From Candidatus Iainarchaeum sp. (GTDB lineage Archaea; Iainarchaeota; Iainarchaeia; Iainarchaeales; 0-14-0-20-30-16), in the NCBI GenBank assembly GCA_028710695.1, contig JAQTTP010000001.1, positions 90,001 through 122,000 on the forward strand: DNA of 32,000 nucleotides, read 5' to 3'. The notes under the pieces are model-generated. The model was given only the letters and a program-made list of their open reading frames with translations. It made no database searches and was not told the origin of the DNA. Numbering within the stretch: the first letter of the stretch is position 1; each line of letters starts with the position of its first letter. Positions 1 to 7,963 of the stretch are shown one piece after another. Both the position numbers and the translations under genes were made by a program.

Positions 1-14
1 TAACAAAAAATGAA

Positions 15-413
15 ATGCAATATTTGTATTTAAATAATGTGATAACAAAACAGATGGCAGATTATTTTATTTCTACTCCCGGTTGTGATTTTGATTTTGT
101 GGGATTCAAAGATTATCTAAACTCTAATGCTGCGTCTTTCTGCGAAAACTTTAGTAGCGAATTCTTTAAGTGCGATATTAAGGTAGTAACCGTATTTCAA
201 AAGTTTGGGTTAACAAATGTAACTCTTTCTATAAATAATTCTTTTGATAAAGGGGCAATCCACTTTACATATTCAAAAGAAATAACATTTTCAAAAATAT
301 TTGCCCCAACACAACTTACAATACCTATGCCAGATGGTACAGAACAAAAGACTTGTAATTATACAATAACTGATTTTGAATCCCAGTTAGTAGAAGCATC
401 AGGAACCAAATAA
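15..413 (+). CDS. hypothetical protein, possibly the 3' part of a longer ORF running off the left edge
   Basis: 132-aa ORF from the track. The frame stays open back to nt 3, so the true start may lie outside the window. No motif I recognise; 4 Cys. The 3' end overlaps the convergent rfcL stop by 15 nt. Confidence 0.4.
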   Translation: MQYLYLNNVITKQMADYFISTPGCDFDFVGFKDYLNSNAASFCENFSSEFFKCDIKVVTVFQKFGLTNVTLSINNSFDKGAIHFTYSKEITFSKIFAPTQLTIPMPDGTEQKTCNYTITDFESQLVEASGTK

Positions 414-1784
414 AGTAGTTTGCTTTGCTTTTTCGCGTGTAGGTGTCAAATCTTTTTCTGAGGCTTTTGCATTGTTGTTTTTTGTCTCCTCTTTTTGTTT
501 TTCTTTACCTTGTAGGTTGTCAAAGCCCATCTTGATTTTCTTTGTATTGATTTTGTTTGACTCCTTTTTATCATCTTTTTTGTCTTCTTTTGCAAGTAGT
601 TTAAATTTTATCTTTAACAGCTTCTCAAGGTTTTCTAATTCTAAATCTGTATACCTGCTTTGTAGGAACTCGGCATCAGCGCTTTCAAAATACTGTTTAT
701 AATATGGAATTTCATTTAAAATTCTTTTTGAGCTTCCCCGTATCAGTTTTTGCACTAACTTTGCAATTTCTTTGTTTTTTGAAAAGCTACTTCTTTCTTT
801 AGACATCCTTGAAATAAAAGTTGGAAAATTGAACTTTGCAAACTTTTTGTTCTTTAACATAAAAGGCGCAACAATGCCAGTCATTAAATAATATTTCAAG
901 AAAATCCAATTCTGTCTTTTGTAAATATAATTCCTCATCAAATCCGCATAGGACACAAGATCGTATGCTTTTTTTAGTTCAGGGTAACCATAAATATTAG
1001 AAATATTTTCATTAACCCATGCAAATTGCATATCATAATCTATATTGCAGGAATCTTGTATCCGCTTGCCTTCTGTTAGAGACTTTGATCTTTGTAAATT
1101 CATCAATGTCGAAAATATATTATCTGTTTTCTCTCTTTCCCCCAATATTGCAACAGTTTTTTCTGTTACTCCAATATCAGCCAATGCTTCTAAATCCAAA
1201 ATTGCAGAACGTATATCTCCTTTTGCGTTTTTTGCAATCATTTCTAAAGCGTTCTCAGAAAAATAAATGTCTTCTTTTGCAATAATGTCTTTTAGTTTTT
1301 TCTGTATTTCTAAATAAGTTAATTTCTTTAGATTCACTACGACACAATAATTTACTACGTCTCTGATCTTCTGATTAGAATAAACATCCGTTGCGGTGAA
1401 TATAACTGGATTTTTTGCAACCTTTATTATTTCTAGAATTTTAGAACTTGCTCCACTGTCTTTTACTGGCAAGAAATCTAGATCTTCAAAAATGAAAAGG
1501 TTTCTTTTATTAAAAAATGAGTTTGACTGAACAAATAATTCCATTCTTTTTTCCAGAGATTCTTTGTCTCTCTGTTCATCAGGGCTGATTTCGTTTATTT
1601 GCCAATTTTTTTCATAAGAAACAACTCTGGCAATAGTGCTTTTCCCAACCCCTGTGCCACCTACAAGCAAAAGTGGTTTACGTTCTTTGTCGAAGTTTTC
1701 AGCCCAGGCTTTTACATCAGCAATGGCTTGTTTGTTTCCTACAAACCCTTCGTAGCCCTGTGGCTCGTATTTATCTAAGAACAT
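399..1784 (-). CDS. rfcL: replication factor C large subunit (clamp loader)
   Basis: 461 aa. The N-terminus FLDKYEPQGYEGFVGNKQAIADVKAW mirrors the W-x-EKYRP...VG clamp-loader signature. Walker A GGTGVGKST; Walker B-like IFEDLD. A long Lys/Glu-rich C-terminal tail ends in KQTTLFGS (PIP-box-like), as in archaeal RFC-L. Confidence 0.88.
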   Translation of the reverse strand: MFLDKYEPQGYEGFVGNKQAIADVKAWAENFDKERKPLLLVGGTGVGKSTIARVVSYEKNWQINEISPDEQRDKESLEKRMELFVQSNSFFNKRNLFIFEDLDFLPVKDSGASSKILEIIKVAKNPVIFTATDVYSNQKIRDVVNYCVVVNLKKLTYLEIQKKLKDIIAKEDIYFSENALEMIAKNAKGDIRSAILDLEALADIGVTEKTVAILGEREKTDNIFSTLMNLQRSKSLTEGKRIQDSCNIDYDMQFAWVNENISNIYGYPELKKAYDLVSYADLMRNYIYKRQNWIFLKYYLMTGIVAPFMLKNKKFAKFNFPTFISRMSKERSSFSKNKEIAKLVQKLIRGSSKRILNEIPYYKQYFESADAEFLQSRYTDLELENLEKLLKIKFKLLAKEDKKDDKKESNKINTKKIKMGFDNLQGKEKQKEETKNNNAKASEKDLTPTREKAKQTTLFGS

Positions 1785-1852
1785 ATATATTCTTGTCTCA
1801 GATTAACCTTAAATAAATATGGGGAGGTATTCTAACCCCCAGAATTAGATAA

Positions 1853-2125
1853 TTATTGGGTATTTTTTTCCTTTTCGAATTGAGTTTCCATTGCTTTTTC
1901 AACTTCTCTTACGAATTCAGGCTCTTTATCTGATGCTTTTTCTAAATGTTTATCCTCTAATTTATTGTGTACATAAAAATAAGCAGTTATTATTGCATCT
2001 AAATCCAATTTTCTTTTATATCCCAATCTTGCAATCTGTTCAAAGTATAATTTAACTATATTATATGCAACTATTTCCCTACTAACTTTTTCATTGCCAA
2101 TTACTTTACCAAAATCTAAGTCCAT
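1853..2125 (-). CDS. hypothetical protein (90 aa)
   Basis: The track gives 102 aa from 2161. I prefer Met13 (ATG at 2125-2123) because GGGGG lies 7 nt upstream on the minus strand. No recognisable family. Same strand as rfcL, 68 nt upstream of it. Confidence 0.5.
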   Translation of the reverse strand: MDLDFGKVIGNEKVSREIVAYNIVKLYFEQIARLGYKRKLDLDAIITAYFYVHNKLEDKHLEKASDKEPEFVREVEKAMETQFEKEKNTQ

Positions 2126-2262
2126 TTTTAGGCCCCCAAATATAATATTGCTATATAACAATAAAAAAAGGTATTTAAATACTTTTCTAGGATTTTACCT
2201 AAAAATAACAGAAACTTATAAAAATAAGTATTCCTTATATATTTAGAAAATCAGGTGTTGTA

Positions 2263-2442
2263 ATGATCAAATTCCTCAAAGATGTAAAAGGACAAGCATC
2301 AATAGAGATTCTTATTGGGGTAGTAATAGTAATTGTTATTGCAACGCTAGTTGGGTTATTTTTGAAAAAAAGCCTGACAAAACCGCAAGAACAGGGTGCG
2401 GATTTAATAGACAAAGTTTCTGAAGATATTGGGGGTAAGTAA
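2263..2442 (+). CDS. class III signal peptide pilin-like protein (59 aa), not in the supplied ORF track
   Basis: My own translation: MIKFLKDVKG|QASIEILIGVVIVIVIATLVGLFLKKSLTKPQEQGADLIDKVSEDIGGK*. It has a basic n-region ending in KG, Gln at +1, Glu at +5 and a ~20-aa hydrophobic helix. AGGTG lies 6 nt upstream of the ATG. The stop (2440-2442) sits 1 nt before the next pilin ATG. Confidence 0.72.
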   Translation: MIKFLKDVKGQASIEILIGVVIVIVIATLVGLFLKKSLTKPQEQGADLIDKVSEDIGGK

Positions 2443-2443
2443 T

Positions 2444-2641
2444 ATGTTCAAATTTTTAAAGGATAAGAAAGGTCAAGGTGCTTTAGAGTACATTTTAATC
2501 ATAGGTGCAGCAGTTCTAATTGCAGCAATAGTAATTGCAATTCTTGTAAGTGCCGGCCGATCAGGAAAAGACGATGCAAATAGTGCATTAAGCGAACAAC
2601 AAAAAGATTTTAACGAATTAAAAAATATTGCAAATGAGTGA
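2444..2641 (+). CDS. class III signal peptide pilin-like protein (65 aa)
   Basis: The track ORF starts at 2429; the ATG at 2444 gives MFKFLKDKKG|QGALEYILIIGAAVLIAAIVIAILV. GGGGGT lies 7 nt upstream. KGQ..LEY followed by a hydrophobic helix is the archaeal type IV pilin / class III signal consensus. Confidence 0.85.
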   Translation: MFKFLKDKKGQGALEYILIIGAAVLIAAIVIAILVSAGRSGKDDANSALSEQQKDFNELKNIANE

Positions 2642-2646
2642 TATCT

Positions 2647-2841
2647 ATGAGTTTTCTTAAAGATACAAAAGGACAAGGTGCTCTTGAGTACCTTTTAATT
2701 ATTGGTGCGGCAATTCTTTTGGCAGCAATAGTAATTGGGGTTTTAATAAAAACATCCGGCAACGCAAAAGATGACATAAACGACACCCAGCAAGTATATG
2801 ATGACCAAATAAATAAGGCGAAGACAGATTTTAATTTGTAA
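2647..2841 (+). CDS. class III signal peptide pilin-like protein (64 aa)
   Basis: The track start at 2638 is GTG. The ATG at 2647 gives MSFLKDTKG|QGALEYLLIIGAAILLAAIVIGVLI, with GAGTGA 6 nt upstream. Close paralogue of the 2444-2641 product. Confidence 0.85.
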   Translation: MSFLKDTKGQGALEYLLIIGAAILLAAIVIGVLIKTSGNAKDDINDTQQVYDDQINKAKTDFNL

Positions 2842-2851
2842 AGGCGAAGAC

Positions 2852-3034
2852 ATGAAATTTATAAGTGATAAGAAGGGACAGATCTCCTTTGAGTACCTTC
2901 TTACTATTGTTTTTGCTGTTCTTCTTGTAATTGCAGTAACATTATTTGTTCTTCAGCTGAGGAAAATAGGCCAAGTTGCCCAGACAAAGATAGAGAATTA
3001 TAAGATTGAGTTCTTTAAGAAAACCTTCGAATAG
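2852..3034 (+). CDS. class III signal peptide pilin-like protein (60 aa)
   Basis: MKFISDKKG|QISFEYLLTIVFAVLLVIAVTLFVL. Same KG|Q...E(+5) geometry as the neighbours, with a divergent C-terminal half. Confidence 0.82.
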   Translation: MKFISDKKGQISFEYLLTIVFAVLLVIAVTLFVLQLRKIGQVAQTKIENYKIEFFKKTFE

Positions 3035-3064
3035 TTTTTTATTCTCTCTTTTTCTATTTCTATT

Positions 3065-4141
3065 ATGTTTTTGGATCTTGTATTTTCCTATTTGCCATAC
3101 ATTTTAGTATTTATTGCCTTGGCAATTGGATCTTATACTGATTTAAAGACAAGAGACCTACATAATTGGCTTACCTTTGGGCTGATTATACTTGGAATCT
3201 TATTTTGGATTGCTAAAAGTATCTATGTTGGACAGTTTTTGTATTGGCCTTTGCTTATTGGCTTGATTACCTTTTTTGTATGCTACTTGCTTTGGTATTT
3301 TGCAGTATTTGCTGGCGGAGATGCAAAACTTATTGCAGGCGTTGCATTTTGTATCCCTTATCAGGATTTTTCAATCTTTTTTAACGGCGGAATAAACCCA
3401 TATTTTATTCCCTTATTTTTTGTTCTTGGTGTCTTTATAGTATTCCCTTTGGGCTTTTTCTTGGCTCTAAAGAGAATAATTGTAAATAAGCATTACAAAA
3501 TAATTCTGCGTGACCTAGTCAAGAAGCTCCCGGGATACTTAGAAGTTGCAGTTACTCTTGTTGGTTTGTATTATATATTTTCTTTATTGCACATCCCTAC
3601 AATTTTTGCCCTGTTGTCTTTCTTATTATTCAAAATAAATTGGAAGATACGTTTGCCAATAGCAATAATTGTTTTTGCAATATCGATTTATTTGAATCCT
3701 TTACGCCTGGTAGATGTTTTGATTTATGTCCTGATTTCAGTAATCTTCTTTTCTTTTATAAAGTTGTTTGGATTTGTAAGGTCTAAAGAGTTTGCAGATT
3801 TGAAGAAAGTAAGTAAGCTAAAGGAAGGAGACATACTTTATAGTTCAATTTACATAAAGGATAATGCCCTTGTAAAAAAACCAACAATAAAAGATATGTT
3901 TAAAAATATCAAAAATAAAGATATATTGCAAAAAACATTTGAATCTATGAAGAGCAAGAATTATGATACAGTAATTCAAACAAGGCCTGCTGGGCTTTAT
4001 AACGAAGAAATAGTAGTGTTGAAAAAATTACAAAAAGACAAGGTAATTCCTGCAGAGATTTATGTGAAACAGAGCGTTCCTTTAACACCTGCTTTGTTTT
4101 TAAGTTATATTGTGTTATTATTTATCGGTGGATTATTATGA
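3065..4141 (+). CDS. A24-family prepilin/preflagellin peptidase (EppA/PibD/FlaK-like)
   Basis: 358-aa polytopic membrane protein. The first catalytic Asp context is SYTDLKTRDL; the second is in FAGGDAKLIAGVA (GxGD-type aspartyl protease motif). A ~110-aa soluble segment plus a terminal TM follow the core. The stop overlaps the next ATG (ATGA at 4138-4141). Confidence 0.9.
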   Translation: MFLDLVFSYLPYILVFIALAIGSYTDLKTRDLHNWLTFGLIILGILFWIAKSIYVGQFLYWPLLIGLITFFVCYLLWYFAVFAGGDAKLIAGVAFCIPYQDFSIFFNGGINPYFIPLFFVLGVFIVFPLGFFLALKRIIVNKHYKIILRDLVKKLPGYLEVAVTLVGLYYIFSLLHIPTIFALLSFLLFKINWKIRLPIAIIVFAISIYLNPLRLVDVLIYVLISVIFFSFIKLFGFVRSKEFADLKKVSKLKEGDILYSSIYIKDNALVKKPTIKDMFKNIKNKDILQKTFESMKSKNYDTVIQTRPAGLYNEEIVVLKKLQKDKVIPAEIYVKQSVPLTPALFLSYIVLLFIGGLL

Positions 4142-4602
4142 TGTTAGGAAAAGGCCGGGGACAAATGACAATAGAATTCATTCTAATTGTGGTAGTAATT
4201 TTGATTTTACTACAAACCATAATTGTACCATTCACGGATTATGCAAAAGATTCTGTAACAGATATTTCATCCTTATCTTATGTTGACCAATCTGCAGATA
4301 ATCTGAAGCAGTCAATTGAGTTTGTAACTATGAATGAATCAATGGCAAAAACCCAAGTTACTGTGTTTATCCCGGAAGATGCAAACTTAGTTCTTTCTGC
4401 GGATGCAATATCTTATTTTATTGAATTAAAAGATGCGCCAAAGAATTCTAATTGCAATAATGACGGCCTATGTACAAAAACAATATACTTACAAAAAGGA
4501 ATTTCTAATAGCGATGATCTAATATTACCTGGAAAAAAAGAATATTCATTAAATATCTTCAAAGAGCCCGGTGGAAAAACATATGTTGAACTTTTGCAAT
4601 AA
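4138..4602 (+). CDS. larger pilin-like protein with class III signal peptide (154 aa)
   Basis: MMLGKGRG|QMTIEFILIVVVILILLQTIIVPF: RG|Q, Glu at +5 and a hydrophobic helix, followed by a ~120-aa globular part with 2 Cys. Translationally coupled to the peptidase gene. Confidence 0.75.
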   Translation: MMLGKGRGQMTIEFILIVVVILILLQTIIVPFTDYAKDSVTDISSLSYVDQSADNLKQSIEFVTMNESMAKTQVTVFIPEDANLVLSADAISYFIELKDAPKNSNCNNDGLCTKTIYLQKGISNSDDLILPGKKEYSLNIFKEPGGKTYVELLQ

Positions 4603-4936
4603 GAGCAAGTTGAATAACAAAGGCCAATCCAGTTTTGAAATTCTTTTTGTTACAATTATAGTAATCTTGCTTGCGGGTATATTGTACTATTTCACCTTAG
4701 GAAATACAAAAGAGATAAGCAATATAGGAGTAATAAAAACAGAGGTAGAATCCTTTTTCGTTGAAAACAGTCAACAGATAACTATCTCAAACATAGATCT
4801 AATGGAAAGTGGAAATCTAATTCAAGCAAAAATCAAGTTATCAAAAACATACGAGTTCTCAGAGACACAAATAGAATTATTGAAATCAAAAATAAAAGAG
4901 AAAATAAAGAAAGATGTAGAGTTTATTTTCTACTAA
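4583..4936 (+). CDS. larger pilin-like protein with class III signal peptide (117 aa)
   Basis: The track start at 4571 is GTG. The ATG at 4583 gives MLNFCNKSKLNNKG|QSSFEILFVTIIVILLAGILYYF. Overlaps the preceding gene by 20 nt. Confidence 0.7.
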   Translation: MLNFCNKSKLNNKGQSSFEILFVTIIVILLAGILYYFTLGNTKEISNIGVIKTEVESFFVENSQQITISNIDLMESGNLIQAKIKLSKTYEFSETQIELLKSKIKEKIKKDVEFIFY

Positions 4937-4969
4937 AGGTTTTTAAACAAATCTTCCTTTTGTTTAACT

Positions 4970-5488
4970 ATGAAAAGAAATATTATTATTTATTGCATAA
5001 TTATTGTAATCATATTGGCAATTGCAATTTGGGCAATAGTGGATTATTCAACTTCAACCAAATTGAAAGACCTTGACTTAAACATGACTACTGAAGAACA
5101 GTTTAATTCAAACATTGCTCTGTGTAATAAAATGTCTTCTGAAAAAAATACTTGTCTTGAAACAGTAGTTTTTACTTATTTGGATTATTTGCATAACAAA
5201 GCTATCTGCCCTGAGTCAACTGTTTGTGAGCCTTTGGGGGCAGCAGGTTTAACAGACGCAAAATCCAAATGTATGGAAGAAATGTGCGTTGCTTATGATG
5301 ATGTTGATTGTATAAAAGGAGACGTAAAATTAAGTGAAACTAATGTAATAACAGTTTGTATAAATGGGCAATATGTTAGTACTTGTGATGATAACGACAC
5401 CTACATTGATTCAGACGGTTATGAATTGCGGTGTGATAATGGACATTGGAGTGATGCGCACCCATTACAAAAAGAAAACCCCGCATAA
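4970..5488 (+). CDS. membrane-anchored Cys-rich extracellular protein (172 aa)
   Basis: N-terminal signal anchor MKRNIIIYCIIIVIILAIAIWAIV, then ~10 Cys in the ectodomain (CNK, CLE, CPE, CEP, CMEEMC, DCIK, CING, CDD, CDNG). No named family recognised. Confidence 0.65.
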   Translation: MKRNIIIYCIIIVIILAIAIWAIVDYSTSTKLKDLDLNMTTEEQFNSNIALCNKMSSEKNTCLETVVFTYLDYLHNKAICPESTVCEPLGAAGLTDAKSKCMEEMCVAYDDVDCIKGDVKLSETNVITVCINGQYVSTCDDNDTYIDSDGYELRCDNGHWSDAHPLQKENPA

Positions 5489-5575
5489 AAACAACAAACC
5501 ACCTTTAAATGCATTTGTATACTTATTTAAAGATTAGTATACTTATTTATATAACTTATTTGTGAGTTGGGTTAT

Positions 5576-7963
5576 ATGAATAAAGGCTATTTTGGCATTG
5601 CTCTTATTGTTCTTGTTGTTGTTGGAATTTTTGCTTTCGGATTTTTGAGTTCTTTTACTGCAAAAGATTCTTATTTGTTTATTCCAGTGGTTGACCATAA
5701 CAAACTGAAAGAAGTTGCAAAAAATAACACAATCACAGGCAGATTACCGGCTGATTTAGTTACTTCTAAGAACTGTCAATCTTTAGAAATGCAACTCCTT
5801 TCAAGTCATAAATTTGTTTGTAAGGATTTTGATGAGTCTGTGTTAAAAAAGGGTACAGTTACTGGATATGCAAAAGAAAGTTTTACATACTTGCCATACG
5901 GTTCTTCCCAAAAAGTAGATGTAAATGTTGGCTGTGAACAAAAAACAGATTATTGTAAAAGCCCAGAAATTCTTTATGAAGCATATTGTAAAAAAATATA
6001 TGCCGACTCAAAAAAATCAGGTGATGTATATTTAGAATATTGGCCAGATTACAAAGTAGTTGATTGTAATGACCAAGGCCCAGGATACGTTTGTAAAAGT
6101 GGTGCTTGTGTTGATGTAAGTAACATTTGTGGAAACTCAATAATAGACCAAAATGAAAGTTGTGATGATGGAAATAATAAAAACGGGGATGGCTGCAGTT
6201 CAAAATGTTTATTAGAAGCCGCCCCCGATTTAATTGTAAGTAAAATTTACAAAGAACCATATAGTGAAGACTGTGTAAATTCAGTTCATTTTGAAATATG
6301 TAATGTTGGCAACTTGCCAGTATTAGGAGATTTTAATATCCTTGTTAAAGTTGAAGACAAAAATACAAAAATAACTTATTCTGCAGGACAATATGACGGA
6401 TTTGAAGACGGGTGTGTGCATATAACTGATTCCATAATGTTATCATATGGCTTATTTGGTTTAGGCCTTAATGAAAACCCAACAGTAGAAATAATGGTGG
6501 ATATAAGTAACAACATTGCAGAAACAAATGAACAGAACAATAGTTTATCCCAAGAAACAGAAACCGGAACTAAGTACCTTGCTGATGGAAATATATGTGA
6601 GGAAACCTGTACAGACTCCGATGACTATTTGGGTGAAGATAGTGTTTATGTTAAATCCTTATTATTTGGAATGGATAGTGGTGGTGATTATAAAGATTAT
6701 GATTATTGCGGATCATCTGGTGCTTATTTAGAGGAACTAATTTGTATCCCTTCCGAAAAAGGAAAGAAGGGCACGACAGAAGAATATCCTTGTTTTTTGT
6801 TTAATCAAATATGTGAAGATGGTAAATGTGTAGACGCACCCGGATTTTCTTTTTCTTGTGATGAACAAGGAGACACAGGATTTGACTGGGATAAGAAAGG
6901 GAAAATAATTTACATAGATTCTTCTGGAAAAAATAAAGAAAGCGAAGATTATTGTTATAATGAAAATGTTGAAGAAAAATTAATGTATGGTACAAAGGTG
7001 CATGAATTTTTATGTGCTGGGCCCATAGCACATAACAGTAATAAAAATTGTATTTGTTATGATGGCGCTTGTGTAGGGAGTCAAGAAGATTTATGTGATT
7101 CTGACCTTAAAAAATCTTGTTCTAAAGATGATATTAATTATTATGAGAAAGGCACTGCGAAGCAAACCTTAAAGCTTTATTGTGATCTGCCTGTGTTGGG
7201 GAACACAAAGGTTGAAGAAAATTCAGCTGAATTTGAGGATTATTGTGAACTGAATGAAAATGGATCTTCTTGTGACCCAAGTATTCCAGAATATTTGAAC
7301 CCTAATTGTTATACTTATGGCCCAATCTTAAAAGAATTAAGTTGTAATTCTGAGGGGGAAGTAGATTATTTGAATTATAACTGTGCTTCAGAAGGAAAAA
7401 CTTGTGTGAATGGCGCTTGTATTGAAGTTGGCGCTGATCCAGAAGAATGTGTAGATAACGATGGAATAAATTATTTTTCTCAAAGTTATATCTGGTCAAA
7501 AATTTCAATTGGTTGGGAAAATAATTGGTGGGATACTTGTTTAGATGATAACACCTTATTGGAATATGCTTGTGATGGAAATAAAGCAAAATATGAAAAG
7601 TATGATTGTTCAACTATAAACAAAGTTTGTAACAATGGCAAATGTATAACTCCTGCCGGTCAAAGCGGGAGTGAAGTAGAAGAGCTGGATGGTACAAAAG
7701 ACAATGGAATCTATACTGTCAATGGCAAAGATTATTCTTTATCAGAACAATTTTGTATCCCTTCTGACAAAAAAATAGAATATTGTGATGGGCAGGGAAA
7801 TGTGTTTGCATCTTCAGATTCTTGTGTAAATGATATTGGTGGAAAAGTAGAGAGTTCAAATTATTTGGTGAGTTGGTCTTGTGATGTTGACAAGCCAAAA
7901 ACAAGCCTAACAAATTGTAATTCTAATGGTGGTCATTGTGAAATTAATGAATGTGTCAAGTAA
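5576..7963 (+). CDS. giant secreted Cys-rich protein A (795 aa): Myxococcus-type Cys repeat + CARDB-like domain + repeated six-Cys modules
   Basis: The track start at 5567 is TTG; the first ATG at 5576 gives MNKG+YFGIALIVLVVVGIFAFGFL. Contains CGNSIIDQNESCDDGNNKNGDGCSSKC (6128-6208). The CARDB-like stretch runs APDLIVSKIY...VHFEICNVGNLPVLGDFNILVKVED...ISNNIAETNEQNNS. I count 51 Cys, with recurrent C-x-[DNS]-G-x-C-[VI] module ends. Confidence 0.85.
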   Translation: MNKGYFGIALIVLVVVGIFAFGFLSSFTAKDSYLFIPVVDHNKLKEVAKNNTITGRLPADLVTSKNCQSLEMQLLSSHKFVCKDFDESVLKKGTVTGYAKESFTYLPYGSSQKVDVNVGCEQKTDYCKSPEILYEAYCKKIYADSKKSGDVYLEYWPDYKVVDCNDQGPGYVCKSGACVDVSNICGNSIIDQNESCDDGNNKNGDGCSSKCLLEAAPDLIVSKIYKEPYSEDCVNSVHFEICNVGNLPVLGDFNILVKVEDKNTKITYSAGQYDGFEDGCVHITDSIMLSYGLFGLGLNENPTVEIMVDISNNIAETNEQNNSLSQETETGTKYLADGNICEETCTDSDDYLGEDSVYVKSLLFGMDSGGDYKDYDYCGSSGAYLEELICIPSEKGKKGTTEEYPCFLFNQICEDGKCVDAPGFSFSCDEQGDTGFDWDKKGKIIYIDSSGKNKESEDYCYNENVEEKLMYGTKVHEFLCAGPIAHNSNKNCICYDGACVGSQEDLCDSDLKKSCSKDDINYYEKGTAKQTLKLYCDLPVLGNTKVEENSAEFEDYCELNENGSSCDPSIPEYLNPNCYTYGPILKELSCNSEGEVDYLNYNCASEGKTCVNGACIEVGADPEECVDNDGINYFSQSYIWSKISIGWENNWWDTCLDDNTLLEYACDGNKAKYEKYDCSTINKVCNNGKCITPAGQSGSEVEELDGTKDNGIYTVNGKDYSLSEQFCIPSDKKIEYCDGQGNVFASSDSCVNDIGGKVESSNYLVSWSCDVDKPKTSLTNCNSNGGHCEINECVK

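Noticed and set aside
472-1285. + strand ORFs of 73-88 aa inside rfcL
   Set aside because: They are antisense shadows of a well-supported clamp-loader gene, with low-complexity F/L/S products.
7926-7963. Possibility that giants A and B are one gene split by a frameshift or sequencing error
   Set aside because: B begins with its own MN..KG plus hydrophobic N-terminus and repeats the whole N-terminal domain order of A (DHNK motif, Cys repeat, CARDB). They are tandem paralogues with a short start/stop overlap.
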